Positions 49,781-59,499 of a stretch of DNA of 64,000 bases are shown one piece after another. A model generated the notes under the pieces. The model was given only the letters and a program-made list of their open reading frames with translations, was not told where the DNA came from and made no database searches. The stretch's first letter is position 1. Every line of letters starts with the position of its first letter. The stretch is from an uncultured delta proteobacterium (lineage in GTDB: Bacteria; Desulfobacterota; Binatia; UBA9968): the NCBI GenBank assembly GCA_963755715.1, contig CAVWLW010000036.1, positions 1 through 64,000 of the forward strand, given 5' to 3'. A program made the translations under genes and the position numbers.

Positions 49781-50856
49781 TTACCGCCCCATCAACTTCT
49801 TCACGAACCCTTCGTCTTCGAGCTTCTTCAAATATCGATCGCTGATGTAATTTTTCGCGTCGATCTTGCCAAGCTTTGGCTCGGCTTCGACGAGCGGATC
49901 GATAACGGCTTGCATCGCTGAATCGCTGATGTAATTTTTCGCGTCGATCTTGCCAAGCTTTGGCTCGGCTTCGACGAGCGGATCGATAACGGCCTGCATC
50001 GCTTTCAGCGACGGATACGGTATGTCTGGAATTTTGTTCTTGTTGTAGTCGTACGCTTCCTTCAGCAAGTCCTGATCGCTCACGCGGCTGAATTGCGCTA
50101 GCGCTTTCAGCGTGTACTCCGGCTCGGTTTTGAAGATCTTGATCGCTTCGAGATAGGCGCGCAGGAAGTTGAGAATCCTGCCTTCGTTTTTCTGCAGCAC
50201 TTTGGCGCTGCCGCACATGCCCGTGTTGAAGTAAGGAATGCCCAGCGCGCCGGCGTCGGCGAGGATGTTGAAATTGAATTTCTTCGCCACGTTGCCAAAA
50301 GGCGCGTTGAACACCGAGCCATCGATAGTGCCCGATTTGAGCGCTGCCAGTCGCTCCGATTCGTTGCCGATCTGCAGAATCGTCACTTCTTTAGGATCGA
50401 TACCAAGCCGTTTCAAAAGTGTTCGCGTGCCGAAATCTGCCGATGACGCGAATCGGCTGATGCCTAAACGTTTGCCTTTGAGATCGGCGGGATTTCTGAT
50501 TTCGCGCCGCGTCGCCAGTTGATAACCCATGCGATCGTCGGTCATCGCGATGTAAAGAATATCGGCGCCGCGCAAATTAGCCGCAACACCCGGCGCGCCG
50601 GTGAGCTGCCCCAAATCAATGTCGCCGGACACCATCGTCTGCACGACCGTGCTCCCGCCGGGAATGTAAACGACCACCGAAGAGAGTCCGTACTTCGCGA
50701 AACAGGCCGCGCTTTTCCGCCAGCGAAACCAACAGCGCATGAGGATTAACCGAGCTGTAGGCGATCCGGATCGTATCGGCGGCGGACACACAGGCCGGAA
50801 AAACTCAGAAAAAATAGCCCCAAAGGCAAGACTGCCTGCGCGAGTCGTTTCATCAT
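49781..50856 (-). CDS. ABC substrate-binding protein, NMT1/SsuA family (two frameshifts at ~50700-50790; internal duplication)
   Basis: MMKRLAQ signal, IRIAYSS, AKYGL, DLKGKRLGISRF and PYPS. Confidence 0.82.
49838..50003. repeat. In-frame tandem duplication with 84-bp period
   Basis: AMQAVIDPLVEAEPKLGKIDAKNYISD is encoded twice; the copies differ at one synonymous base. Confidence 0.9.
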
Positions 50857-51023
50857 CTTCACCTTTCCGTTGGGAACTAAGTATTTTTTCAACATCCATG
50901 CGGTTTTACTCGGATACGAGCGAACCTGTCAATCCGAACGGGGCCGATTGGAATGATGAAGGATTGGAATGTAATGAGGCGGGCAGGAACGCGAGACGCC
51001 AGACTCTAAACTCTAGACTCGTC

Positions 51024-51875
51024 CTAACCGCACACGTACGCCGCGAGCGCTGCGCGCCAATCGCGCATGGGCGGCAAGCCGAGCTCTTCCGATAGAAGAC
51101 AGCGTAACGGCGTGAAGCGCGGCCGCTTGGCGACGCGCTGCATGTCGCGCTCGTGGGTGATTTCGATCAGCGCATCGATCTGCGCGCGCGGCAGTCCGAG
51201 CAGTTTCGCCGCTTCGAGGGCAAACTCGTAATAAGTGCAAGTTCCCGCGTTGACGACGTGATAAGTGCCGTAGAAACCGTTTCGCCGAATCGTCATCATC
51301 TGGTCGATCAAATCTTCGACGTAGGTCGTGCTCGACCAGATGTCATCGATGGCGCGCACCCTTTTGCCGTTTTTGAGATCATTATGCACGGTGCAAAGAA
51401 AACTGTTTTTGCCGCTGCCATAAACCCACGAGGTGCGAATGATGTAACTCTTTTCGCAAGCCCCGTGCACTGTCTCTTCACCGACGAGTTTGGTTTTGCC
51501 GTAGACGTTTACCGGCGCCGGCGCATCGGTGATCGTGTAGGGAGGCCGGCCGAGGGGCTCGCCTTCGAACGCATATTGGGTGCTGAAATGGACGATCTCC
51601 GCACCGATTTGGCTCGCCGCTTCAGCCAAAAATCCCGGACCGTCGACATTGACAGCCTTGGCCTTGACCGGATCCCGTTCCGATTCGTCAACTTGGAGCA
51701 CGGCGCAATTGATGATCAACGCCGGCTTCGTGTCTCTCACGCAATGCTCCACGGCTTGCTGATCCGTAATATCGAGATCACTGTGAGTCAGTGCCAGCAC
51801 ATCATGGGCGCGCCCCAAACTTTGCGTCATATGAGCGCCAACAAGCCCCGCCGCGCCAGTAATCAAAACTTTCAC
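51024..51875 (-). CDS. rfbD: dTDP-4-dehydrorhamnose reductase
   Basis: ITGAAGLVG, INCA, HFST, PVNVYGKTK, IIRTSWVYG and AKRPRF. Confidence 0.85.
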   Translation of the reverse strand: MKVLITGAAGLVGAHMTQSLGRAHDVLALTHSDLDITDQQAVEHCVRDTKPALIINCAVLQVDESERDPVKAKAVNVDGPGFLAEAASQIGAEIVHFSTQYAFEGEPLGRPPYTITDAPAPVNVYGKTKLVGEETVHGACEKSYIIRTSWVYGSGKNSFLCTVHNDLKNGKRVRAIDDIWSSTTYVEDLIDQMMTIRRNGFYGTYHVVNAGTCTYYEFALEAAKLLGLPRAQIDALIEITHERDMQRVAKRPRFTPLRCLLSEELGLPPMRDWRAALAAYVCG

Positions 51876-51939
51876 AAGACGCTGAGTCTAAAGCGAGACT
51901 CAGGGAGTGATCAAGAGGAGATGTCATGAAATGTTATTC

Positions 51940-52019
51940 CACCACGAAGGACGCGAAGAGCACGAAGGTTAGGAATATAAACGTCCGAATACTTCGTGAC
52001 CTTCGTGCGCTTCGTGGTG
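51940..52019. repeat. CACCACGAAG...CTTCGTGGTG nonamer palindrome
   Basis: Three CACGAAG-like units opposed by three CTTCGTG units. Confidence 0.75.
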
Positions 52020-52038
52020 AAGACATCAACTGAGTCGC

Positions 52039-53022
52039 TTAGGCGGGCAGCGCAAAGCGCTTGAAGAAATTCCACATCTCCTGATTGGCATCGATGATCT
52101 CGGTTGACGGACCGAGGATGCGCTCCATGAATTTCTGCTTGCCGCCGGGCCAGACATGGCCTGCGCCGGTCAGTTTCCAGAGATCGACTTCAGCGCCGTC
52201 GCGGCAGTGTGAATAGACGTAACGAGTAGCACTTTGACCGCTGCCCTCGCGTCCGGCGCGACGGTCGACCACTGCGGGCTCCGCTGAACAGCCGTTGTAC
52301 TTCACCCAGCGCGCGATCATCTGATCTATATTGGGGTGAAACACTTGGCTCTTGGTCAGCGGAAACGGCGGTCCGAGTCCGCCGGCATATAGAGCGCGCG
52401 GGTCGTCGACGCTGTGAATATGCATCACCGGGACAGCCCGCGTCGATTTCATCCCGGGCACAACCATTCCACCTGCCACCGGTGCTATAGCGGCGATCAG
52501 GTCCCCGGCTTCGGCCGCGAGCCGATGCGACATCATCGCGCCATTGGAAAGTCCGGTCGCATAGATGCGGCGCCGGTCGATAGGAATCGATTCAGCCAAT
52601 TTGCTGATCAGCGCGCGCACGAAGCCGACATCGTCGACGTTGTTGATGACCGCGTAGGCGCAGCAGGTGCCGGCATTCCACGTCAGCAGCCGTTTGCCGA
52701 AGCGTCCGCTGCCGTTGGGATAGACGGCGACGAACGTCTCACGATCGGCGAGCCGATCCATCAGTGAATATTCCTGCTCGTTGGCGCCGTGACCACCGCC
52801 GCCGTGAAAATTTAGAACGACAGGGATGTCGCGCTTGTCAATTGCGTGCGGCGGAACATGAACGATCGCACTACGCTCGCGCTTCTCATGCGTTAAAGTG
52901 ATCGCGTGATCGCCGGGAGAGAAATAGTCGGCGAACGCGTTCCCATCGACGAAAATAAGGCAGCCGATAATAATAACGATGAAACTGGCAGGAGATTTGA
53001 GGTATCCGAAAGGTTGCGTCAT
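52039..53022 (-). CDS. LpqC/PHB-depolymerase-family esterase
   Basis: FHGGGG, VYPNG, WNAGTCC, DDVGF, GLSNGAMM and GHVWPGG. Confidence 0.88.
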   Translation of the reverse strand: MTQPFGYLKSPASFIVIIIGCLIFVDGNAFADYFSPGDHAITLTHEKRERSAIVHVPPHAIDKRDIPVVLNFHGGGGHGANEQEYSLMDRLADRETFVAVYPNGSGRFGKRLLTWNAGTCCAYAVINNVDDVGFVRALISKLAESIPIDRRRIYATGLSNGAMMSHRLAAEAGDLIAAIAPVAGGMVVPGMKSTRAVPVMHIHSVDDPRALYAGGLGPPFPLTKSQVFHPNIDQMIARWVKYNGCSAEPAVVDRRAGREGSGQSATRYVYSHCRDGAEVDLWKLTGAGHVWPGGKQKFMERILGPSTEIIDANQEMWNFFKRFALPA

Positions 53023-53079
53023 GCGTCGGCTTCTCAATCGAGTGTCTGTATGAGCTCCAGCGTCGATGACGCCAACGCA

Positions 53080-53111
53080 AAAATTCAATGGGGGGCATTG
53101 GCCCCCCATTG
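53080..53111 (-). terminator. Terminator-like hairpin
   Basis: CAATGGGGGGC...GCCCCCCATTG stem with an AATTTTT tail on the minus strand. Confidence 0.55.
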
Positions 53112-53131
53112 GTTAAATATCAAGTCGGAAA

Positions 53132-53494
53132 TTAATATTCGGGCCGGCGGCGAAGCTGGTCAATGTCGCGGCGCTGATTTTCAAGGTCCTGCTGATTCCG
53201 ATAAATCTGCTGGTCTTGATCGTAAGCGGCATTGTCCCGTCCCTGCAGTTGATCGCCGATCAAACCGCCCGCGCCCGCGCCTAGTACCGTGCCGATCATC
53301 GCGCCCGCTAATGGATGATGCACTGCCGAGCCGATTAGTCCGCCGACGCTGGCGCCGCCTAGCGCGCCGATACCGGCGCCCTTTTCCCGCGTCGTTAACG
53401 CTCCCCCGGCGCACCCGGTCACCAATGTGGCGGCGATAGCGATAGTCGCAATAAGTGAGGAACTTCTTTTCAGAGCACTCGCGTTAGCATTCAT
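53132..53494 (-). CDS. Glycine-zipper lipoprotein
   Basis: Lipobox VTGC; EKGAGIGALGGA..GGLIG repeats; coiled-coil tail. Confidence 0.85.
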   Translation of the reverse strand: MNANASALKRSSSLIATIAIAATLVTGCAGGALTTREKGAGIGALGGASVGGLIGSAVHHPLAGAMIGTVLGAGAGGLIGDQLQGRDNAAYDQDQQIYRNQQDLENQRRDIDQLRRRPEY

Positions 53495-53613
53495 GGCATT
53501 GAGCCTCCTTGAACCCTTAGACGCGGCAGCGCCAATTTTGTTTACGCGAGTTAACTTGTCAGAAGCACAGGAAAACTGACAAATGGGGCCAGAAATGCGG
53601 GAAGCGAGCCGAG

Positions 53614-54399
53614 TTAGCGCATCTTTTCAATCGTCGCGATGCGCTCGTCGAGCCCTGGGTGCGTGGATAGAAATCCCCCGCCGGCGCTGCCGGAAACTCG
53701 GCGAATCCAGGTAAGCGCATCGAGCATCGTGTCTTTGGAATATCCGGCGCGGCGCAGGATATCGACGCCATGACGGTCCGCGGCATACTCTTCAGTGCGA
53801 CCATAACCGCGCGCCACGAGCTCGCCCGCGATAGGCGCAAGCACGCCGGCCGCCGGAAATAACTGCTGCAGTCCGGCGCTCAAAATATTGAGTCCCGCAC
53901 CAAGCACCTGTGCTTTCGCCACGTGGCCGAGATCTTCGTGGGCGATCTCATGCGCCAACACACCGCGCAGCTGATCGTCGTTGGCGCGACGCAAAAGTCC
54001 CGCGGTGATGTAGAACTCGCAATTACCCGCGTTGGCGGCATTGATCTCATTTTGATTGATGATGCCCACCCGCACTTGGTCGGCCCGGCAAGGATGATCC
54101 ATCGCCTGGAGAAGCGGTATCATCACTCGACGCAAACGTTCGGCGTCAGCAGAGTCGAGGCGCCGCGATGGGGGCGGGGGTGCCGATGAGTAGTCGTCCC
54201 TCTGGCTGGGAGCCCGGCGGCTCGGCGCGGGTGCAGGGACGACACAGGCGGACAAGGTCGCCGCCAAGAACAGCAAAGCTACAATGACAGTTCCTGGTTT
54301 CGGACTTCCGGTTTCTAGTTTTCGTCCAATCGGGAACTTGTAAGTGGTGACTAGAAACCGCGATCCAGACTTTCTATTCACTCTAGGCTGATACAACAT
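53614..54399 (-). CDS. M48-family metallopeptidase lipoprotein
   Basis: Lipobox LSAC; INAANAG, VLAHEIAH, EEYAAD and FLSTHP. Confidence 0.88.
   Translation of the reverse strand: MLYQPRVNRKSGSRFLVTTYKFPIGRKLETGSPKPGTVIVALLFLAATLSACVVPAPAPSRRAPSQRDDYSSAPPPPSRRLDSADAERLRRVMIPLLQAMDHPCRADQVRVGIINQNEINAANAGNCEFYITAGLLRRANDDQLRGVLAHEIAHEDLGHVAKAQVLGAGLNILSAGLQQLFPAAGVLAPIAGELVARGYGRTEEYAADRHGVDILRRAGYSKDTMLDALTWIRRVSGSAGGGFLSTHPGLDERIATIEKMR
54309..54360. repeat. GTTTCTAG/CTAGAAAC palindrome within the M48 5' coding region
   Basis: CGGTTTCTAGT...ACTAGAAACCG 11-bp inverted repeat; same family as 6644 and 44298. Confidence 0.5.
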
Positions 54400-54414
54400 C
54401 GAACCAACTCTCGT

Positions 54415-55287
54415 TTAAGACGCCGGGCGGCGCGTCTCGGACGCGGTCGCCTCCGTTCGACTTTTGTTGTCTTGCACCAGATCCAAATACACAGTGCCGA
54501 ATACGATCTTGCTGCTGAGCTTGATCGGCAGGCGGCGCGCATCCGCCGAAATCCAAATCGTCGCTTCGTTTAAGCGCCCGGCGTAGCCTCTTTTGGTTAT
54601 GTTTTGGATGCGCGGGATGATCCGATAGGCTTCGACGGTTTTACCCGACGCAAGCTCCACCGGTTCTTTTTTCTCGACGAATAATTCGAGCAGATACTGG
54701 TAGCGCCCGCCGAAGACTTTGAAATAAAGTCGATCACCAACTTTGAAGTCCGAGCTCCGGGCTAAATACACCGCCGTAATCGGATCGAGAGTATTTTGCG
54801 CGTCGAACTGATAGATTTTCGGCTGTTTACCGACCTGCTGGCGATTGACTGCCCACTTTTTAGTCGTCTGATCCAGCCGGGCTTCGGTGTCGATCACTCT
54901 GGAATTTTCTCGCTGACTAAAGCTAAAGTGCGAAGGGAAAAGCGCCTTGGCGTCGAATGTCGAGCTGATCGAGTCGCGCATCTTCCATATAAAGTCGAGC
55001 ACCCTCGAAGTTTTTGCTTCGACCCGCACTTGGTACACTTTTTTCCCGCCGATAACCGTCGGGATCGTGTGAACTTCGGCGGTCGCCACTGCGATCATGC
55101 CGTTCCAACTGGCCAAATAGACTTCCTTTTCACCGCCTTCAAAAGGAAAATATTTCGGTTGGTAAGCCGGCACCGCCTCGGGCTTGATCATCGGGGGGTC
55201 GGCTGCGGGAGTTGGAAACGCGTAAACGCCAATCATGACAAGCGCAAGCGCGCCCAAGACATTCATCTTGAATCTATGTTTTGACAT
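54415..55287 (-). CDS. DUF3108 exported protein
   Basis: Signal peptide; TLDPITAVYLAR and IWISADARRLPIK..IVFG. Confidence 0.8.
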   Translation of the reverse strand: MSKHRFKMNVLGALALVMIGVYAFPTPAADPPMIKPEAVPAYQPKYFPFEGGEKEVYLASWNGMIAVATAEVHTIPTVIGGKKVYQVRVEAKTSRVLDFIWKMRDSISSTFDAKALFPSHFSFSQRENSRVIDTEARLDQTTKKWAVNRQQVGKQPKIYQFDAQNTLDPITAVYLARSSDFKVGDRLYFKVFGGRYQYLLELFVEKKEPVELASGKTVEAYRIIPRIQNITKRGYAGRLNEATIWISADARRLPIKLSSKIVFGTVYLDLVQDNKSRTEATASETRRPAS

Positions 55288-55487
55288 GGCAACTTCTTAG
55301 ACGATTCGACCGGCGAATCGTTTATGTCCACAGTACCATAAAACCTGCCTATTTTAATATTTAATATCACTGCGCCAACTCCCGTCGCGGCATCGCTACC
55401 GGCACAATTTCGGTGCAATGTCTGAAATAAAATTGCAGCCGCCGAGCAATTTGGCTACTATCGGGGAGATCTTGGGGAGGATCTCTC

Positions 55488-56654
55488 GTGAAAAGATGCG
55501 ATGCGCGGATACTCAAGCTCTTGCTGGCATGGCTTATCACCGCTTCACTGCATTGGCCGGTATCGGCTCAAGAAGCCGGACAGTCCGTCGCTCCGCCGGC
55601 GACGTCGACCCTGCCGAGCCGTCAAGCCATTAAAGATTGCCTGAACACGGCGCGCGGCGCGGAGTGTCTCGACCAACTTTTTCGCCAAACTCTAAAAGAC
55701 CATTCGACCGTCGAGGCGCTGGGGCTGATCGCGCGTTTGGAGGCGGAAGATCCGGAGCTCAGACGCGATTGCCATCCGGTCGTCCACGCTATTGGCCGGG
55801 AAACTTATCGGATCAAGGGCAACATCCACGACTCGTTTCTCGCTTGCGATCAGACCTGCCATTCGGGCTGCTATCACGGCTCGGTGGAACGCTTTCTGCG
55901 CGGCGAGGAGATCTACGCCCAAATCGACAAACATCCGAGCACCGCTGAACTGAAACAAAAGACCGCGATCGCCTGCGATCCAAAAGTTCCGTATCGCTTC
56001 CGTTTTCAATGTTTGCATGGCCTCGGCCATGCCCTGCTGTTTTTCTCCCGCTACCAGTTGGCTCAGTCCCTGGAAGTCTGCGACAGCCTGCCGGAGGAAT
56101 GGAGCCGCAACTCCTGCTACGGCGGCGTGTTCATGGAAAATGTTTTCAATGCCACGCCGGAAACGCGCGACTTGAGCCCGACCGATTATCACTACCCGTG
56201 CGATAAATTGGCTACCCAATACCGCGGCGAGTGTTACGTCATGCAAACCTCGCGTATGACGGAAATGGGACTCGGCACCGAAGCCATTTTTAAGGAATGT
56301 GAAAACGCCGGCGAGTTTCGCGAGCAATGCATGCTCTCCATCGGCCGCGACTTATCCAACGACGTGCGCTTCGGTGACACCGCAACGGCGCAAAAATGCG
56401 AGCTCGTAAACGGCGCCGGCCGGCGCGCCTGCATACGCGGCGTCGTCTACGCCTTGATCGATAACACTTGGGATGGTCGCTACGCCTTGCCGTTCTGCGC
56501 CGCGTTTAGCCAAGAGAGCGACCAGAGCGCCTGCTTCGAGCTCAGCGCGCAATATTTGAAAGGCACGTTTGAAAAACCGCCTGCCGAAATAAGCCAGGAA
56601 TGCTCGAGGTACTTGAGTCGACCCGCCCGCTGTGCCGATCTCGCAACGCGCTGA
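55488..56654 (+). CDS. Exported Cys/His-rich helical-repeat protein of unknown function
   Basis: Signal peptide; CHPVVHAIG, CHSGCYHG, CLHGLGH and CYGGVFMEN; 20 Cys in the mature part. Confidence 0.75.
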   Translation: MKRCDARILKLLLAWLITASLHWPVSAQEAGQSVAPPATSTLPSRQAIKDCLNTARGAECLDQLFRQTLKDHSTVEALGLIARLEAEDPELRRDCHPVVHAIGRETYRIKGNIHDSFLACDQTCHSGCYHGSVERFLRGEEIYAQIDKHPSTAELKQKTAIACDPKVPYRFRFQCLHGLGHALLFFSRYQLAQSLEVCDSLPEEWSRNSCYGGVFMENVFNATPETRDLSPTDYHYPCDKLATQYRGECYVMQTSRMTEMGLGTEAIFKECENAGEFREQCMLSIGRDLSNDVRFGDTATAQKCELVNGAGRRACIRGVVYALIDNTWDGRYALPFCAAFSQESDQSACFELSAQYLKGTFEKPPAEISQECSRYLSRPARCADLATR

Positions 56655-56885
56655 TCAGACAGCCAGCGCGAACGTTTGTGATATCATAAATAGTAGTTGC
56701 CACCAGCTGAGGTAAGTGCAAGAGTAAAATAGAGGGTGCGAAATTGAAGTTCGCTCACTATGTTTCCACTCCAGGGCGGCGCGCTTCGTCCTTTGCAAAA
56801 ACCGATTATAAGCACCCGCACGCCAACAAACTCGCGGCGCATTTCAGCCAAACTAGACCCTTAGATAATCTTCCGTGAGTCAAAG

Positions 56886-57278
56886 ATGGTTACGGATCCG
56901 CCGCTTTTATTGCTGGTCGACGACGAGATGGGCGTGCGTGAATCCCTAAAAATGGTTTTCGGCAAAGTTTTCCGGTTGTTGGAAGCTGACAATATAGATG
57001 TCGCAATCGCTCAAGTGCGCGCCGCACATCCCGCCGTCGTGCTTCTCGACGTCTTGATGCCGAAAGCCGATGGCATCGAAGTGCTCCGGCGCATTAAAGA
57101 AATCGACCCCGGCTGCGCGGTCATTATGTTGACCGGCGTCAACTCCCAACAATTAGCGGCCAAAGCGATGGACTGCGGCGCCTTCGATTTTATCGGTAAG
57201 CCGTTCGATGTCGTTGATCTGCGTCAAAAAGTGGCGCGCGCCCTCGAACACGTTGGATCAGGAACACCGTCCCCATAG
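56886..57278 (+). CDS. Single-domain response regulator
   Basis: LLVDDE, VLLDVLMP, IMLTG and KPFD. Confidence 0.88.
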   Translation: MVTDPPLLLLVDDEMGVRESLKMVFGKVFRLLEADNIDVAIAQVRAAHPAVVLLDVLMPKADGIEVLRRIKEIDPGCAVIMLTGVNSQQLAAKAMDCGAFDFIGKPFDVVDLRQKVARALEHVGSGTPSP

Positions 57279-57295
57279 CCGCTAGCACTAAGAAA

Positions 57296-57946
57296 ATGAC
57301 CGTGCCAGCTTCGTCGACGGTCGCCAAGACATGGCGATCGCTCAATCTCATCCTGTTCGCCGCGTTACTTATCGCCGGGTGCGCCCGCCTTAAACAGTGC
57401 GCCTACGAAGGCTTTAACCGCGACCACTGGCAGCAACCCGATAAGGTCATCAGCGCGCTCCACCTCCAACCCGGAAATATCGTCGCCGACCTCGGTTCGG
57501 GCGGCGGCTATTTTACTTTCAAGCTGGCGCAAGCGGTCGCCCCCACCGGAAAAGTGTATGCGGTGGATATCGATCGAGAGATGGTCGCCTTGATCGGCGA
57601 GCGCGCGAAAAACGAAGCTCCGTCAATCGTCGAAGCCATTCTCGCAAAACCAGACGATCCGGCCCTTCCCGCTACCGGCGTCGATGTGATTTTTACTGCG
57701 AATACCTATCATCACATCGACAACCGAGTGACGTACTTTGCAAACCTACGCAGGTATCTTCGTCCCGGCGGCAAAGTCGCTATCATCGACTTTGACCGTC
57801 GCGCTTGGCTGGAAGGACTGATGCGACACTACACGCCCGCTGAGTTCATTCAACGGGAGATGGAACAGGCGGGGTATGTTCTACAGCAGGATCTCGACTT
57901 TCTCGACCGGCAATCGTTTCTGGTTTTCACCGTTAAGGTTAGATAA
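57296..57946 (+). CDS. Class I SAM-dependent methyltransferase with lipoprotein-like signal
   Basis: IAGC; VADLGSGGGYFT, VYAVDI and YHH...LRPGG. Confidence 0.88.
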   Translation: MTVPASSTVAKTWRSLNLILFAALLIAGCARLKQCAYEGFNRDHWQQPDKVISALHLQPGNIVADLGSGGGYFTFKLAQAVAPTGKVYAVDIDREMVALIGERAKNEAPSIVEAILAKPDDPALPATGVDVIFTANTYHHIDNRVTYFANLRRYLRPGGKVAIIDFDRRAWLEGLMRHYTPAEFIQREMEQAGYVLQQDLDFLDRQSFLVFTVKVR

Positions 57947-58150
57947 GAGCCGAACTCTTGGCAATTGCGAGGCTTAGTTGAAATAGCGCGCGGCAGGTAC
58001 GGCGCGAGCAAACGAACGCGCGCCACGCCTGCGCGCACTGCCGTAAACAGGCGAGCGCGCAGACGTGGACGAGAAATTTAGAATTACCAACCGGTGGGAC
58101 GAATCGTTGGCCGTGCGCGCAAAGAAGCTACGTCGATTAGAATGCGCGTA

Positions 58151-58411
58151 CTAGCGGTCCGGAGCAATTTCACTAATTTTTGGCTGGCCATCTTTTTCGC
58201 TGAAAGTCACGATCACCTTGGCGCCTTCTTTGACATTCTCGACGCCCTTGGTCTCTTTGGTCGTAAAGAGAGTCTCCTCGCCCCTTTCCGTTTTGAGTAC
58301 GATTTGATTCTCCGACGGCTTGACCTTCAGCACAGTTCCTTTCAGCTCGGCCGCGTTCGCAGCCAATCCGAACAGTAAAAGAAATATCGAGAGTGTGATG
58401 GCTTTACGCAT
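58151..58411 (-). CDS. Small exported OB-fold-like protein
   Basis: Signal ending ANA; KGTVLKV...VKEGAKVIVTF. Confidence 0.7.
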   Translation of the reverse strand: MRKAITLSIFLLLFGLAANAAELKGTVLKVKPSENQIVLKTERGEETLFTTKETKGVENVKEGAKVIVTFSEKDGQPKISEIAPDR

Positions 58412-58444
58412 CACTTACTCCCGTCGATTTGATCGACGCGCCTA

Positions 58445-58682
58445 TTAGCCTTCCGATTTAGCGGCATTCGATTTTTGTTCCGGCGTAGACCCTGTTGTTC
58501 CGGTATCGCCGCTATTCTGGGGAAGAGCTTGGCTGGTCGGGTGTCGACTTTTCCGGCGCCGGCGCAGGAGCCGAGCCGACCGAGGCTGGCGGTTCTTCAG
58601 ACTTTTTTTCACATCCGCCCAGCGATAATGCCAGCCCGAGGGTTGCGCCCGCAAGCCAGATCAATTTTGTGTTATTTTTCAT
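58445..58682 (-). CDS. Small low-complexity lipoprotein (stop at ~58512, or at 58445 with a frameshift)
   Basis: GAGGAGG RBS; MKNNTKLIWLAGATLGLALSLGGCEKKSEEPP with lipobox LGGC. Confidence 0.65.
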
Positions 58683-58789
58683 TACTGCCTCCTCTTGGAA
58701 TAATTACATCAAAAAAATCATCCGCCGACTGGAACAGTGCCAAAGAACCGCACGGCTCGCGTGAACCGACCCGAGAATCTGCTCCGCCC

Positions 58790-58951
58790 TCAACGCGCCC
58801 TGCGATTGGTCGAGCTGTTGATTAAGTCCGAGAGAATATAAGCAACCAGCTCGTAACTCATTTTGTCATCGTGCACCTGCCGCTCCGCGGCGTCGGTTAA
58901 AGCCACGATAAAATCGCCCAAAGTTGTTTCAAGTTTACCGGTGAGCGCCAT
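58790..58951 (-). CDS. 53-aa hypothetical helical microprotein (not in the ORF track)
   Basis: GGAGGT RBS; MALTGKLETTLGDFIVALTDAAERQVHDDKMSYELVAYILSDLINSSTNRRAR*. Confidence 0.6.
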   Translation of the reverse strand: MALTGKLETTLGDFIVALTDAAERQVHDDKMSYELVAYILSDLINSSTNRRAR

Positions 58952-59132
58952 GTCCACCTCCGCGAAATTACCTACCGCAAACCGCGGCGTTTAAAAACGT
59001 CGATATAAAAATGCATCAAACCATTCCCTCCACCCTGATTAGGTGGAGGTTCAGTCCATGTCCCGTTCAGATCTCGATGATATTTCCAAGAAACAGGAGA
59101 CGCGCACTGCCGCGCTATCAAGAGCGAGTGTC

Positions 59133-59148
59133 CGCAAGGGCTATACCA
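59133..59148 (-). promoter_or_regulatory. sigma54 -24/-12 promoter motif
   Basis: Minus strand TGGTATAGCCCTTGCG, with an AT-rich tract upstream. Confidence 0.5.
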
Positions 59149-59499
59149 GCGCCTCACTCAAACCGTAAAGGCGCCAAAAATAAAAATATTTAGCAACTAG
59201 AAGACAGCGCGCATTTTTAGGTTTGTATGGGAATACCTTCGTAGTGTACTAAGAACAGTACGTTTCTCGATAGTAAAAGACTTCCTGTCAACCTTTGGTG
59301 ACAGTTTTAAGTTTTTCGTCGTCCTGGCTAAATAAACAATTGTAAATATAGTCGCGCGCTGTGTCGAAATGCGTTTTAATAAATAATTTTTTTGCTCCAG
59401 GCCAAGCCAACCGCCGTGAAAATAATTTTGCCCACGGCAGTCCTTCGACCTTGCTCCCCTGGAGGAAAATAGGTAATTTACCCACGAACCGGAGCTTTC

